Shown here in pieces: positions 21,220 to 31,378 of a DNA stretch of 64,000 bases. The notes beneath the pieces are model-generated. The model was not told where the DNA came from. It was given only the letters and a program-made list of their open reading frames with translations, and ran no database searches. The DNA lies in the NCBI GenBank assembly GCA_900556585.1, contig USPD01000002.1, positions 16,909 to 80,908 on the forward strand, given 5' to 3'. Source of the DNA: an uncultured Eggerthella sp. GTDB lineage: Bacteria > Actinomycetota > Coriobacteriia > Coriobacteriales > Eggerthellaceae. The translations under genes were made by a program, and so were the position numbers. The first letter of the stretch is position 1. The number at the start of each line of letters is the position of its first letter.

Positions 21220-24200
21220 TTACGCGAAGTAATTCACGCCACCTTCAAAAATAGGCTGATATAAATTACCTGGAACGTTTTTGTACAATCCGTTACCGCT
21301 GCGTTCGCTGTGACCCATCTTGCCAAATACACGGCCATCAGGGCTGGTAGCACCTTCGATTGCCAAAATGGAAGCGCTCGGATTAACTGCCCAATCCATA
21401 GAAGGCTTACCGGCTTCATCAACATATTGAGTTGCAATCTGGCCAGCAGCTTTCATCTTTTCAAGCACTTCAGGATTTGCCACGAAACGACCTTCGCCAT
21501 TGCTGATAGCAACGGTATGAATGTCGCCCACCTTGCAGCAAGAAAGCCATGGAGACAAGCTAGACGCAACGCGAGTGCGAACTAATCTGCTTTGGTGACG
21601 ACCAATTTCGTTAAACGTAAGCGTTGGAGCATCAGAAGTTGCTGGAACAATGTCGCCATAAGGAACTAAGCCTAACTTAACAAGCGCCTGGAAACCATTA
21701 CAAATGCCAAGCATTAAACCATCGCGGTTCTGCAGCAAGTCGCGCACCGCTTCAGTTACCTCAGCAGAACGGAAGAATGCCGTAATGAACTTAGCGGAGC
21801 CATCAGGCTCGTCGCCACCAGAGAAGCCACCAGGCAGCATAATAATCTGACTATTGTTAATTGCAGCAACCAAAGCCTTAGTGCTTTCGATAACCGCATT
21901 AGGTGAAAGGTTATTAATTACCAAAACCTCAGGCACCGCACCCACACGCTCAAATGCACGAGCAGTGTCATATTCGCAGTTTGTTCCAGGGAATACAGGA
22001 ATAATCACACGAGGCTTAGCGAATTTCTCATCACAAACTAACGGCAGGCGCTCTGACCAGCTAATTTGTTCAACCGCTACATCTTCGTGACGGTAAGGAA
22101 ATACCGATTCAATGCCATGTTCCCAAACTTCTTGGAGCTGTGTCATGTCAAGAGTTTCACCGAATGCAGAAAGGGTGTATTCAGATGTAGTTTCGCCAAG
22201 CTCGATAACACTTACAAGGTCAGTTGCTTTAGGCATTGCAGCATCAGCAGCAAGTTCAACGACAAAGCTGCCATAAGCAAGTGTAAACAAATCGTCGAGT
22301 TCGGCGTTAGAATTGGCAACACCCGCGTCAGTAAGCTCCAAACCAATGCCATTGCCAACACACATCTTAAAGAGCGTCTCTGCCATGCAACCATATCCTG
22401 GTGTTGCCGCAGCTACTACAGTGCCTTCACTGATTAAGCGTTCCATTAAATCAAAGGTGGCGTTCAAACCTTCAACATCAGGAAGCAGTGCATCCTCATC
22501 ATAGAAGCGTGGAGCAATACGAATAACACGGCTTCCCTCCTGCTTAAATTCCGGAGAAATCACCCTATCGATTGAACCCGTGGAAACAGCAAAACTGATA
22601 AGCGTTGGAGGAACATCCAAATCTTCAAAGCTGCCCGACATGGAGTCCTTGCCGCCAATAGCGCCAATACCCAAATCAACCTGTGCCATCAAAGCACCTA
22701 AAACAGAAGCGGCAGGCTTACCCCAGCGATCGGGATCGTTACGCAAACGCTCGAAATATTCTTGCAAGGATAAATACGCAGCATCGCGCGTGAAACCTGT
22801 TGCTACCAAACGAGCAACACTTTCAACAACCGCCAAATAAGCACCCTTGAATTGATTCTTTTCTGACAGATAAGGATTAAAGCCCCAAGCCATAGCACTT
22901 GCGGTGGTAGTTTCGCCATCAACAGGGAATTTAGAAACCATAGCCTGCGCAGGCGTAAGCTGAGTTTTACCACCATAAGGCATCAAGACCGTTGCAGCAC
23001 CGATGGTGGAGTCAAAACGCTCGCCCAAGCCCTTGTTAGAGCAAACGTTCAAATCGCTCAGCAGCGAAATCATGCGATCGGAAAGCGTGTCGCCTGCCCA
23101 CTGAGGCTCATAGGTATCACCCTGCAAAACATGAACATCCTGATGCTTTGGAGCGCCATTAGATGCCAAGAACTCACGGCTTACATCTACAATGGCATCC
23201 CCATTCCATTCCATGCGCAAACGCTTCTCTTCGGTAACGGTTGCCACCACGGTAGCTTCCAAGTTTTCTTCGTGCGCATAGCGAATAAATTCATCAACAT
23301 CTTCAGCAGCAAGTGCAACTGACATGCGCTCCTGGCTTTCAGAAATTGCCAATTCGGTACCATCGAGACCTTCATATTTTTTAGGAACCTGATTGAGGTC
23401 GATCAGCAAGCCATCACATAACTCACCAATAGACACCGAAACACCGCCAGCGCCAAAGTCGTTACAACGTTTGATTAAGCGGCACGCTTCACCACGGCGG
23501 AACAAACGCTGAATCTTACGCTCAACAGGAGCATTACCCTTTTGAACTTCTGCGCCAGATGTTTCAATACTTTCAACATTTTGCGTTTTGGAAGAACCTG
23601 TTGCACCGCCAATACCATCACGACCAGTGCGACCGCCTAGTAAAATAACTTTATCTCCTGGAGCGGGTTCTTCACGACGAACGTGATCAGCAGGAGTTGC
23701 ACCAACAACAGCACCAACTTCCATGCGCTTTGCAACATAGCCAGGATGATAGAGCTCATGCACCTGGCCTGTTGCCAAGCCAATTTGATTACCGTAGGAA
23801 GAATAACCAGCAGCTGCAGTAGTAACCAGCTTGCGTTGAGGAAGCTTGCCTTCAAGTGTTTCTGAAACAGGAACAGTAGGATCGCCCGCACCAGTAACAC
23901 GCATTGCCTGATAGACGTAGCTACGCCCTGAAAGTGGGTCACGAATTGCGCCTCCCACACATGTTGCAGCGCCACCAAAAGGTTCAATTTCAGTAGGATG
24001 ATTGTGTGTCTCGTTCTTGAAAAGGAACAGCCAATCCTGCTCTTCCCCATCAACGTCCACCTTGCACTTAACCGTGCAGGCATTAACTTCCTCGGATTCA
24101 TCCAAATCCTTCAAACCACCATGCGCACGCAGGTATTTAGCACCAATAGTGCCCATATCCATCAAGCACACAGGCTTATGTTCGCGACCAAGCTCCGAAC

Positions 24201-25017
24201 GCATTGCCAAATATTTGTCGAAAGCAAGTTTTACAACTTCGTCATCAATTTGAACATTGGTAAGTTCGGTACCAAACGTAGTATGACGACAATGGTCAGA
24301 CCAGTACGTATCAACTACTTTAATTTCAGTTATGGTAGGATTGCGCTTTTCGGTATCGCGGAAATACTCCTGGAAAAACGTGATATCTGCCAAGTCCATA
24401 GCAAGACCACGATCTTTAAGGAATTGAGCCAAGCCTGCTTCGTCTAAATCGATGAAGCCATCAACTATTTCAACGGGCTGAGGCTCTGGAATTTGCATTG
24501 CCAACGTATCGCGCAACGCGAGTGAGGCCTCGCGGGATTCAATAGGATTAATTACGTAATGCTTAATGGCAGCAAGAGCTTCTTCACTAAGGTCACCCTC
24601 GAGCACATACACTTTCACCGCACGAACTACAGGGCGTTCTCCCTGAGAGATAAGCTGAATACATTCACTTGCCGAATCAGCACGCTGGTCAAACTGACCA
24701 GGAAGTGGTTCAACAGCAAAAATCTGCATGCCTTCTGGAACAGAAAGGATGCCTTCGCCGCTGCCCGCTTCACCAATTACGACTCCTTCAACAGGAAACG
24801 TTGTTGAAGCGTTATCAACCTGAGGTTCGCTAAATACCGTAGGCACACACTGATTAAACAGCTCATCACTAATGCCTTCGACATCATACATATTAATAAT
24901 GCGAGCGGTGGTTTCTTGTGGTAGACCATCCACAATAACGGTGCGCAACTCCTGCAATAATTGTTGCGCTTCAACATCAAAGCCGAACTTCTTCTCAACA
25001 TAGATGCGAGAGACCAT
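21220..25017 (-). CDS. purL: Phosphoribosylformylglycinamidine synthase, large single-chain type
   Basis: YWSDHCRH, KNETHNHPT, DFGAGG, glutaminase LGICNGFQ and MGHSER. Confidence 0.97.
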   Translation of the reverse strand: MVSRIYVEKKFGFDVEAQQLLQELRTVIVDGLPQETTARIINMYDVEGISDELFNQCVPTVFSEPQVDNASTTFPVEGVVIGEAGSGEGILSVPEGMQIFAVEPLPGQFDQRADSASECIQLISQGERPVVRAVKVYVLEGDLSEEALAAIKHYVINPIESREASLALRDTLAMQIPEPQPVEIVDGFIDLDEAGLAQFLKDRGLAMDLADITFFQEYFRDTEKRNPTITEIKVVDTYWSDHCRHTTFGTELTNVQIDDEVVKLAFDKYLAMRSELGREHKPVCLMDMGTIGAKYLRAHGGLKDLDESEEVNACTVKCKVDVDGEEQDWLFLFKNETHNHPTEIEPFGGAATCVGGAIRDPLSGRSYVYQAMRVTGAGDPTVPVSETLEGKLPQRKLVTTAAAGYSSYGNQIGLATGQVHELYHPGYVAKRMEVGAVVGATPADHVRREEPAPGDKVILLGGRTGRDGIGGATGSSKTQNVESIETSGAEVQKGNAPVERKIQRLFRRGEACRLIKRCNDFGAGGVSVSIGELCDGLLIDLNQVPKKYEGLDGTELAISESQERMSVALAAEDVDEFIRYAHEENLEATVVATVTEEKRLRMEWNGDAIVDVSREFLASNGAPKHQDVHVLQGDTYEPQWAGDTLSDRMISLLSDLNVCSNKGLGERFDSTIGAATVLMPYGGKTQLTPAQAMVSKFPVDGETTTASAMAWGFNPYLSEKNQFKGAYLAVVESVARLVATGFTRDAAYLSLQEYFERLRNDPDRWGKPAASVLGALMAQVDLGIGAIGGKDSMSGSFEDLDVPPTLISFAVSTGSIDRVISPEFKQEGSRVIRIAPRFYDEDALLPDVEGLNATFDLMERLISEGTVVAAATPGYGCMAETLFKMCVGNGIGLELTDAGVANSNAELDDLFTLAYGSFVVELAADAAMPKATDLVSVIELGETTSEYTLSAFGETLDMTQLQEVWEHGIESVFPYRHEDVAVEQISWSERLPLVCDEKFAKPRVIIPVFPGTNCEYDTARAFERVGAVPEVLVINNLSPNAVIESTKALVAAINNSQIIMLPGGFSGGDEPDGSAKFITAFFRSAEVTEAVRDLLQNRDGLMLGICNGFQALVKLGLVPYGDIVPATSDAPTLTFNEIGRHQSRLVRTRVASSLSPWLSCCKVGDIHTVAISNGEGRFVANPEVLEKMKAAGQIATQYVDEAGKPSMDWAVNPSASILAIEGATSPDGRVFGKMGHSERSGNGLYKNVPGNLYQPIFEGGVNYFA

Positions 25018-25233
25018 GAATCCTACCCTTCGTAGCGAAAATGTTCATAGTAACTGCTTCCAGTAGCCCTTAGGAAGTCCATCGGGCACCCTAGCAAACA
25101 GATAGTTCCATGATACGACACATCAGCCCCTTTTCGGCGGAGCGATCTAATAGTTTTGTAGAGCACTTTTGTTTTAGGGATGTTTTGAGCGCAAGCCTAC
25201 CGCATAAATCTACGATGAGGTATGTAACTCATT

Positions 25234-25246
25234 TATAATCGCAGTC
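25234..25246 (+). promoter_or_regulatory. -10 box 7 nt before the elp3 start (leaderless candidate)
   Basis: TATAAT 25234-25239, ATG 25247, no Shine-Dalgarno. Confidence 0.55.
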
Positions 25247-27424
25247 ATGGAAAAAGCACTTTTAGACATAGCGAAACAGCTTGAAACTGTTGAATATTTG
25301 GATGATCGCGCCCTAACAAAGGTGATCAATCGCCACAACAAGCGCATTGCTAAAGAGACGAAAGCAGTTGCGGCAGCAGGAGCAGCGTCAGCAACAACGG
25401 CAACAACAGCGACGCACACGTCCCCCAAGAAAACGCCAGCGACAGCAGCAATGCACGCGTCCTCAAACGAAACGGCAGCGGCGGCAACATCAACACAAAG
25501 CACACCTGCACCTGCGCCCGTGCCAACGCCAGCATCTGCATCCTCACTAGCACCAAACACCCCCGCACTCGATTCCACGGGCGCAAAAATAAATCCTGCG
25601 CGACCTTTATCGAAGCGCCATTTAATAGCCTACTACCTCGACGTAAAGCGAAACGATCCCAACCGCTGGGCACGCTGGAACTTTTCCGAAGAAATTCAGC
25701 AGCGTATTGTTCGCACATTACAAATGAAACCACGACGTACCGCATCGGGCGTTGCCACCATTACAGTACTTACTAAACCCTGGAAATGTTCGAGCAATTG
25801 CCTGTATTGCCCCAACGACTTACGCATGCCTAAAAGTTACTTATCGGACGAGCCCGCCTGCCAACGAGCAGAGCGCACGTTTTTCGACCCCTATCTACAA
25901 GTAGCTGCACGTATTAAAGCGCTCACCGAAATGGGTCACGTCACCGATAAAGTGGAACTCATCATTTTGGGAGGCACTTGGAGTGACTATCCCACCGCCT
26001 ATCAAATTTGGTTTGTGCGCGAGCTATTCCGCGCACTCAACGACGGCGCTACTGCCCAAGAAAACGTGCCAAACAGACGTGCCCTCTATGAGCAAGCAGG
26101 CATTTCGAGTGATCCCGAAACGCTCATTGCGCAAACAGCTTCCCTTCAAGAGCGCATTTCAAACCAAGAACTTACCTATAACCAAGCATTCGATAAGCAT
26201 TATGGCGAAAGCAGTGCCTGGCAGCAGGTTGCCATCTGGCAAACTGCCACCTGGAAAGAGCTTGAAGAGCAGCACCATATAAACGAAACAGCGCAACACC
26301 GCGTGGTAGGCCTTGTTATAGAAACACGTCCCGAACGCATCACTCCCCAGCACGCCCTCACGCTGCGGCGTCTTGGTTGTACCAAAGTGCAAATGGGCAT
26401 TCAAAGCCTCAATACTCAAATTCGCGAACAAAATGATCGCTACACCACCACCGAACAAATCCAAAGCGCTTTTGAAACGTTGCGCCTATTCGGCTTCAAG
26501 ACGCACATTCATGCCATGGTGAACCTTTTGGGAGCAACGCCAGAACTGGATAAACAAGACTACGCGAAGTTGGTAACCGATCCCGCTTTCCAGCCCGACG
26601 AAATAAAGTTGTATCCTTGCGTTCTTGTGGATGGTACGGGTCTTTGCAGTCACTACAACGATGGCTCCTGGCAGCCCTACTCTGAACAAGAACTTATAGA
26701 TGTTCTGGTGGCAGATACGTGCGCAACGCCTGCGTTTACGCGCATCTCCCGCATGATCCGCGACATTTCTGCACCTGATATTGTTGCGGGCAATAAAAAA
26801 GTAAATCTTCGCCAGCTTGTAGAAGGACGCATTGACAAAGAGGGCCTTGTTACCAAAGAGATTCGCCACCGCGAAGTTAGCCTGTCAGAAATTGACCCTG
26901 ACACCCTTCATATGGAAATTGTCCCCTACACAACAACCGCGTCAAACGAGTATTTTCTTCAATGGGTTACCGAAGAAGGCAAAATCGCAGGCTTTTTGCG
27001 CCTTTCGCTACCTTTTAGCGAATCGCTCGAAGCCTTAAGAAAAGCGCTTAATAGCGGCACCGCACCGCTCGCAAGCAACAGATCAGCCATAAGCAACTCA
27101 CCACTCGCAAGCGCTGAACTGCCTACAAACAGCACACCTTCCGCAAGCAACACGCCACTCGTGAATATTCTTTCTTCAATTCCCTTACCTGGAGACGCCA
27201 TGATTCGCGAGGTCCATGTATATGGTCGCGTTGCAAAACTAGCCAAGCAAGGCAGTGGTGCGCAACATCATGGACTTGGCACCCAACTCGTTGAAAAAGC
27301 CTGCACTATAGCACGCGAGGCTGGCTATAGCCGCATCAACGTAATTAGCGCTATTGGTACCCGCGGCTATTACCGAAAGCTGCATTTTTATGACAATAGC
27401 CTTTATCAAACACGAAACCTGTAA
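25247..27424 (+). CDS. elp3: Elp3-type radical SAM/KAT tRNA uridine(34) acetyltransferase
   Basis: RTASGVATITV, CSSNCLYCP, PKSY, KVELIILGGTW, IETRP, IREVHVYG, QHHGLG, ISAIGTRGYYRKL. Confidence 0.9.
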   Translation: MEKALLDIAKQLETVEYLDDRALTKVINRHNKRIAKETKAVAAAGAASATTATTATHTSPKKTPATAAMHASSNETAAAATSTQSTPAPAPVPTPASASSLAPNTPALDSTGAKINPARPLSKRHLIAYYLDVKRNDPNRWARWNFSEEIQQRIVRTLQMKPRRTASGVATITVLTKPWKCSSNCLYCPNDLRMPKSYLSDEPACQRAERTFFDPYLQVAARIKALTEMGHVTDKVELIILGGTWSDYPTAYQIWFVRELFRALNDGATAQENVPNRRALYEQAGISSDPETLIAQTASLQERISNQELTYNQAFDKHYGESSAWQQVAIWQTATWKELEEQHHINETAQHRVVGLVIETRPERITPQHALTLRRLGCTKVQMGIQSLNTQIREQNDRYTTTEQIQSAFETLRLFGFKTHIHAMVNLLGATPELDKQDYAKLVTDPAFQPDEIKLYPCVLVDGTGLCSHYNDGSWQPYSEQELIDVLVADTCATPAFTRISRMIRDISAPDIVAGNKKVNLRQLVEGRIDKEGLVTKEIRHREVSLSEIDPDTLHMEIVPYTTTASNEYFLQWVTEEGKIAGFLRLSLPFSESLEALRKALNSGTAPLASNRSAISNSPLASAELPTNSTPSASNTPLVNILSSIPLPGDAMIREVHVYGRVAKLAKQGSGAQHHGLGTQLVEKACTIAREAGYSRINVISAIGTRGYYRKLHFYDNSLYQTRNL

Positions 27425-27497
27425 GTTTGTCGTAGTATACGAATGAAAACCGAATGATCCCCAGGTAAGGGGATTTCTTTTATCAAGGAGTTTAAAC

Positions 27498-29786
27498 ATG
27501 ACTACGTATTCTTCACGTGATGAAATTGATGAGCGCTATCGCTGGGACCTATCAAGCATCTTTGAAAACGACAAAGCATTTTTAGAAGCACTTGAGCAAG
27601 CGAAGGCTCTCCCCGAAAAAATAATGGCCTATCAAGGAAAAATCTCCCAATCAGCAAAAGCACTCCTCGAATTCTTACGCCTTGATGATGAGGTGAGCCT
27701 TGATTTAACAAAGCTTATTAATTACGCAGAGCGCAAAAGCGACGAAGACACGCGAAATTCAACATATCAAGATTATTCCGCCCAGGTAATGACACTTTGG
27801 GTAGCGCTTTCAAGCGCATCGTCTTGGTTTAGCTCAGAGTTACTCACCCTTGATGAGCAAACAATGGAAACCTTCTACGCCGAAGAGCCTGATCTTGAAT
27901 TATATCGCCGCGTACTAGACATTATTTTCCGTCGCCGCGATCATGTTCTTTCCCCTGCAGAAGAAAAGCTGCTTGCAAGCGCAGGCGACATGGCAAGCCA
28001 GCCTGGCAATGTATATTCCCTACTCAACGATGCCGATCTAACCTTCAAAGATGCAATTGATTCCGAAGGTAATGCGCACCCTGTTACACACGGAAGCTAT
28101 ATTCCTTTAATGATGTCAACTGATCGTACCTTGCGTGAAAATGCCTATGAATCGCTCTATGACACATACCGCCAATTCCGCAATACCCTTGCGGCAACGC
28201 TAGGCGCGCAAAACAAGCAGATCAAGTTCTTCGCAGATGCACGCAACTACAGCTCCATGTTGGAAGCTTCGCTTTCGGGAAATGAAGTACCCACAGAGGT
28301 GTATACCAATTTAATCGAGGCAGTTCACAACAATCTTCCGGCGCTGCATAAGTATGTAACGCTGCGCAAGGATCTCCTCGGAGTGGACGAATTGCACTTT
28401 TCTGATTTGTACGTACCTATCGTGGATGATATTGACCTTACCTTCACCTATGAGGAGGCATGCGAAATTATCCTTGAAGCATTAAAGCCAATGGGCGAAG
28501 ATTACCTTGCTTTGGTACGCAAGGGGCTTTCTGAGCGTTGGGTTGACGTATACGAAACCCCTGGCAAGCGCAGCGGTGCTTATTCGGCAGGCGGATATGG
28601 CATGCACCCTGTTATCCTGATGAACTTCCAAGGCAAGCTCGACGACGTATTCACCCTCATCCACGAGATGGGCCATTCTATTCACACGTATCTTTCGTGC
28701 GAAAATCAGCCCATATGCTATTCCGACTACGTTATTTTTGTGGCAGAAGTTGCTTCCACCTGCAACGAAGCACTGCTTACTCACTACTTCCTAGAGCATG
28801 CAAAAACTGAACGCGAACGCGCTTATTTCCTGAATCATTTCTTGGAGCAGTTCCGTGCAACGCTGTATCGCCAAACTATGTTCGCTGAATTCGAACTAAA
28901 AGTAAGCGAACTTACCGCTCAAGGCGTTGGTATAACTGCCGATGCGCTATGCGAAATTTACCGCAAGCTCAACGAGGATTATTTTGGTTCTGACATTGTG
29001 GTAGATGACAACATTGCTCTTGAATGGGCTCGAATTCCTCATTTCTATTACCAGTTCTACGTATATCAATACGCTACAGGATTTGCTGCAGCAATCGCTC
29101 TTTCTCAACGCATCCTTAAAGAAGGGGTACCTGCACGCGAAGATTATCTTTCCTTCTTAAAAGGTGGTAGCTCCAAACCCCCTATTGATTTACTGCGTGG
29201 AGCAGGCGTTGATATGATGAGCACTCAGCCGATTAAAGATGCCCTAGCGCAGTTTGATGTCATGATTGAGGAAATGGCACAGGTTTGTAAAACCTTGAAA
29301 AACGAAAGCGAAGGTAGCAGCAACACTGACGCTGCTGTTTCCACTAAGGAACCCGTCACAGAAACCGCACCTACGCCTGACGCCACCACAAATCATTTCA
29401 CTAACTTAAACGTTCAAGAGCTCGGTGAGTCACTGGCAAAAATGGAAGGCGTATTCGTTCTTGCTACCACCAATGAAGATAACACTCCTGATGCAGCCAT
29501 TTTCGTACCCCGTTTACTTGACGAAAATCACCTGGTGTTCTTTTTAGGTAAAAACAGGTCGCGCTCCAATCTGCAGCGCACTGGTAAAGCGTGGGGCGTA
29601 TATAACGTTATGCATGCCGATGCATCAGAAAAGCAACAGCGCTACGCTGGTGCTCGTTTGGAGCTTTCGCTGGTTTTATCCGAAGGCGAAACAGCTGAAG
29701 AATTCAAGCAAGCAACTGAAGGATTTGAACACATGAATCCTGCCGTTGTGGTATTGCGCATAGAACGCATTATCGCCTTAGGCTAA
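27498..29786 (+). CDS. pepF: Oligoendopeptidase F with extra C-terminal domain
   Basis: GKRSGAYS, HEMGHSIH, AEVAST, WARIPHFY; ~165 extra C-terminal residues. Confidence 0.93.
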   Translation: MTTYSSRDEIDERYRWDLSSIFENDKAFLEALEQAKALPEKIMAYQGKISQSAKALLEFLRLDDEVSLDLTKLINYAERKSDEDTRNSTYQDYSAQVMTLWVALSSASSWFSSELLTLDEQTMETFYAEEPDLELYRRVLDIIFRRRDHVLSPAEEKLLASAGDMASQPGNVYSLLNDADLTFKDAIDSEGNAHPVTHGSYIPLMMSTDRTLRENAYESLYDTYRQFRNTLAATLGAQNKQIKFFADARNYSSMLEASLSGNEVPTEVYTNLIEAVHNNLPALHKYVTLRKDLLGVDELHFSDLYVPIVDDIDLTFTYEEACEIILEALKPMGEDYLALVRKGLSERWVDVYETPGKRSGAYSAGGYGMHPVILMNFQGKLDDVFTLIHEMGHSIHTYLSCENQPICYSDYVIFVAEVASTCNEALLTHYFLEHAKTERERAYFLNHFLEQFRATLYRQTMFAEFELKVSELTAQGVGITADALCEIYRKLNEDYFGSDIVVDDNIALEWARIPHFYYQFYVYQYATGFAAAIALSQRILKEGVPAREDYLSFLKGGSSKPPIDLLRGAGVDMMSTQPIKDALAQFDVMIEEMAQVCKTLKNESEGSSNTDAAVSTKEPVTETAPTPDATTNHFTNLNVQELGESLAKMEGVFVLATTNEDNTPDAAIFVPRLLDENHLVFFLGKNRSRSNLQRTGKAWGVYNVMHADASEKQQRYAGARLELSLVLSEGETAEEFKQATEGFEHMNPAVVVLRIERIIALG

Positions 29787-29810
29787 TGTGCTCGCTACAG
29801 AAATACTGAA

Positions 29811-29840
29811 GGCTACTGCAGTCAATATTCTGCAGTAGCC
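29811..29840. terminator. Hairpin between pepF and ZIP gene
   Basis: ggctactgcag / ctgcagtagcc. Confidence 0.55.
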
Positions 29841-29871
29841 CAAAACAACCAGCACTGATCAGGAGATATCC

Positions 29872-30663
29872 ATGAGTGAAACTAATCTAGGCATGCTTAT
29901 CGCACTGAGCGTTCCGTTCTTAGGAACGGCGCTTGGGTCGTCATTTGTGTTTTTGCTTAAGCATGCCATGGGTGAGCTCATTCAGAAAGTTCTCCTTGGA
30001 TTCGCTGCTGGCGTTATGATTGCCGCTTCAGTGTGGAGTCTTCTGATGCCCTCTATAGAAGCCGCCGAAGAACAAGGTATTGCGGGCTGGATTCCCGCAT
30101 CGATAGGGTTTTTAGCGGGCATGGGATTACTGCTCCTTATTGACCACTTTCTGCCACACCAACACCTGGACAATCCTCAACCTGAAGGCGTTCCGAGCAC
30201 CATGAAAAAACCTACGATGCTCATTTTCGCGGTAGCACTCCACAACTTGCCTGAAGGTATGGCAGTAGGTGTAGTTCTGGCAGGCTTCTTAACAGGAGAA
30301 GCAGGTATTGCACTAGCAGGCGTTATAGCACTAGCACTTGGTATTGCTATTCAAAACGTTCCTGAAGGTGCCATTATTTCTATGCCTTTGGTGTCGTGCG
30401 GACTATCGCGCAAGAAAGCCTTTATGTACGGAATACTATCGGGCACCGTTGAACCAATTGGCGCACTTATAATGGTTGCTTTTGTAGGTATCATGACCCC
30501 AGTGCTGCCCTACATTTTGGCATTTGCCGCAGGAGCCATGATGTACGTTGTGGTAGAAGAGCTTATCCCTGAAACACAGGAAGGACGTCATACCAACGTG
30601 GGAGTAATAGCCCTTGCAATTGGCTTCATTCTTATGATGATTTTGGACGTTGCACTGGGCTAG
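29872..30663 (+). CDS. ZIP family metal transporter (ZupT/GufA-like)
   Basis: GFAAGVMIAAS, LHNLPEG, IQNVPEG, FAAGAMMYVV. Confidence 0.92.
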   Translation: MSETNLGMLIALSVPFLGTALGSSFVFLLKHAMGELIQKVLLGFAAGVMIAASVWSLLMPSIEAAEEQGIAGWIPASIGFLAGMGLLLLIDHFLPHQHLDNPQPEGVPSTMKKPTMLIFAVALHNLPEGMAVGVVLAGFLTGEAGIALAGVIALALGIAIQNVPEGAIISMPLVSCGLSRKKAFMYGILSGTVEPIGALIMVAFVGIMTPVLPYILAFAAGAMMYVVVEELIPETQEGRHTNVGVIALAIGFILMMILDVALG

Positions 30664-30758
30664 TCTTCGCTTTACAAAACATCGGACATACCTACAACAA
30701 TGCACTTTTGGCCAAAATTTTCCATTTTTGCGCTGGCAAATAAAAGCCTAACAGCATC

Positions 30759-31100
30759 TTACAAAAAGCGCACATGCATGCTTTTGTCTTTATAGTTCGG
30801 ATGATTCTTCACGAAGCGCCAACGGCAAATTCGCGTAATTATCAAGCACAGCACCCCTACTATCAAGAATGGCACGGTAATTTCAAGTACAGGAACATTG
30901 CTCTCTAAGAAAGCATAGGCACTTGCCAACAAGAAGAACGCAGAAATAACTATGGAAATTACGGTAAAGAATCGGATGAGCACTTCTTTAGCCTTTGTTG
31001 GCGAATGCATCCAAGACACCACAAAATAGATGACGATTGCCAAAATAACAAGGACAATCACCAACGGAAGCGACTGTAGCATCCTGATTAAAAGACCCAT
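30759..31100 (-). CDS. Small 3-TM hypothetical membrane protein
   Basis: Start reassigned to ATG 31100 (AAGGAA RBS); the upstream ORF extension lies in a tandem repeat. Confidence 0.7.
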   Translation of the reverse strand: MGLLIRMLQSLPLVIVLVILAIVIYFVVSWMHSPTKAKEVLIRFFTVISIVISAFFLLASAYAFLESNVPVLEITVPFLIVGVLCLIITRICRWRFVKNHPNYKDKSMHVRFL

Positions 31101-31176
31101 ACCAATTTCCTTTCCTTGATTTTTTATCATACCTTTTCTTGAAGGGTTTCTTACCCACAAGCGCACAGGAGATGCT

Positions 31177-31305
31177 ACAAATTCATTATTCGGACAACTC
31201 CGACGGACAAATTCGTTATTCAAACAACCCCAATAAACAAATTGAATTACCTGAACAACTCTGATGAGCGAATTGGACTATTCAAGCAATTCCAATGAGC
31301 AAATC
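31177..31305. repeat. Degenerate 30-31 bp tandem repeat, 4+ units
   Basis: acaaattcattattcggacaactccgacgg / acaaattcgttattcaaacaaccccaataa / acaaattgaattacctgaacaactctgatga / gcgaattggactattcaagcaattccaatga. Confidence 0.75.
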
Positions 31306-31378
31306 GCATGATATTTCATAGCAAGAATGGCGTACTATCAATATCACAACGAATCTTGTTCTTACGCTGGAGTGCAGT

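Noticed and set aside
25018..25140. Purine, ZTP or PRPP riboswitch before purL
   Set aside because: Only a weak cttcc/ggaag stem; I could not match any conserved riboswitch core
31177..31305. 30-31 bp repeats as CRISPR or as the N-terminus of the 154-aa ORF
   Set aside because: Contiguous degenerate units; a better RBS/ATG exists at 31100
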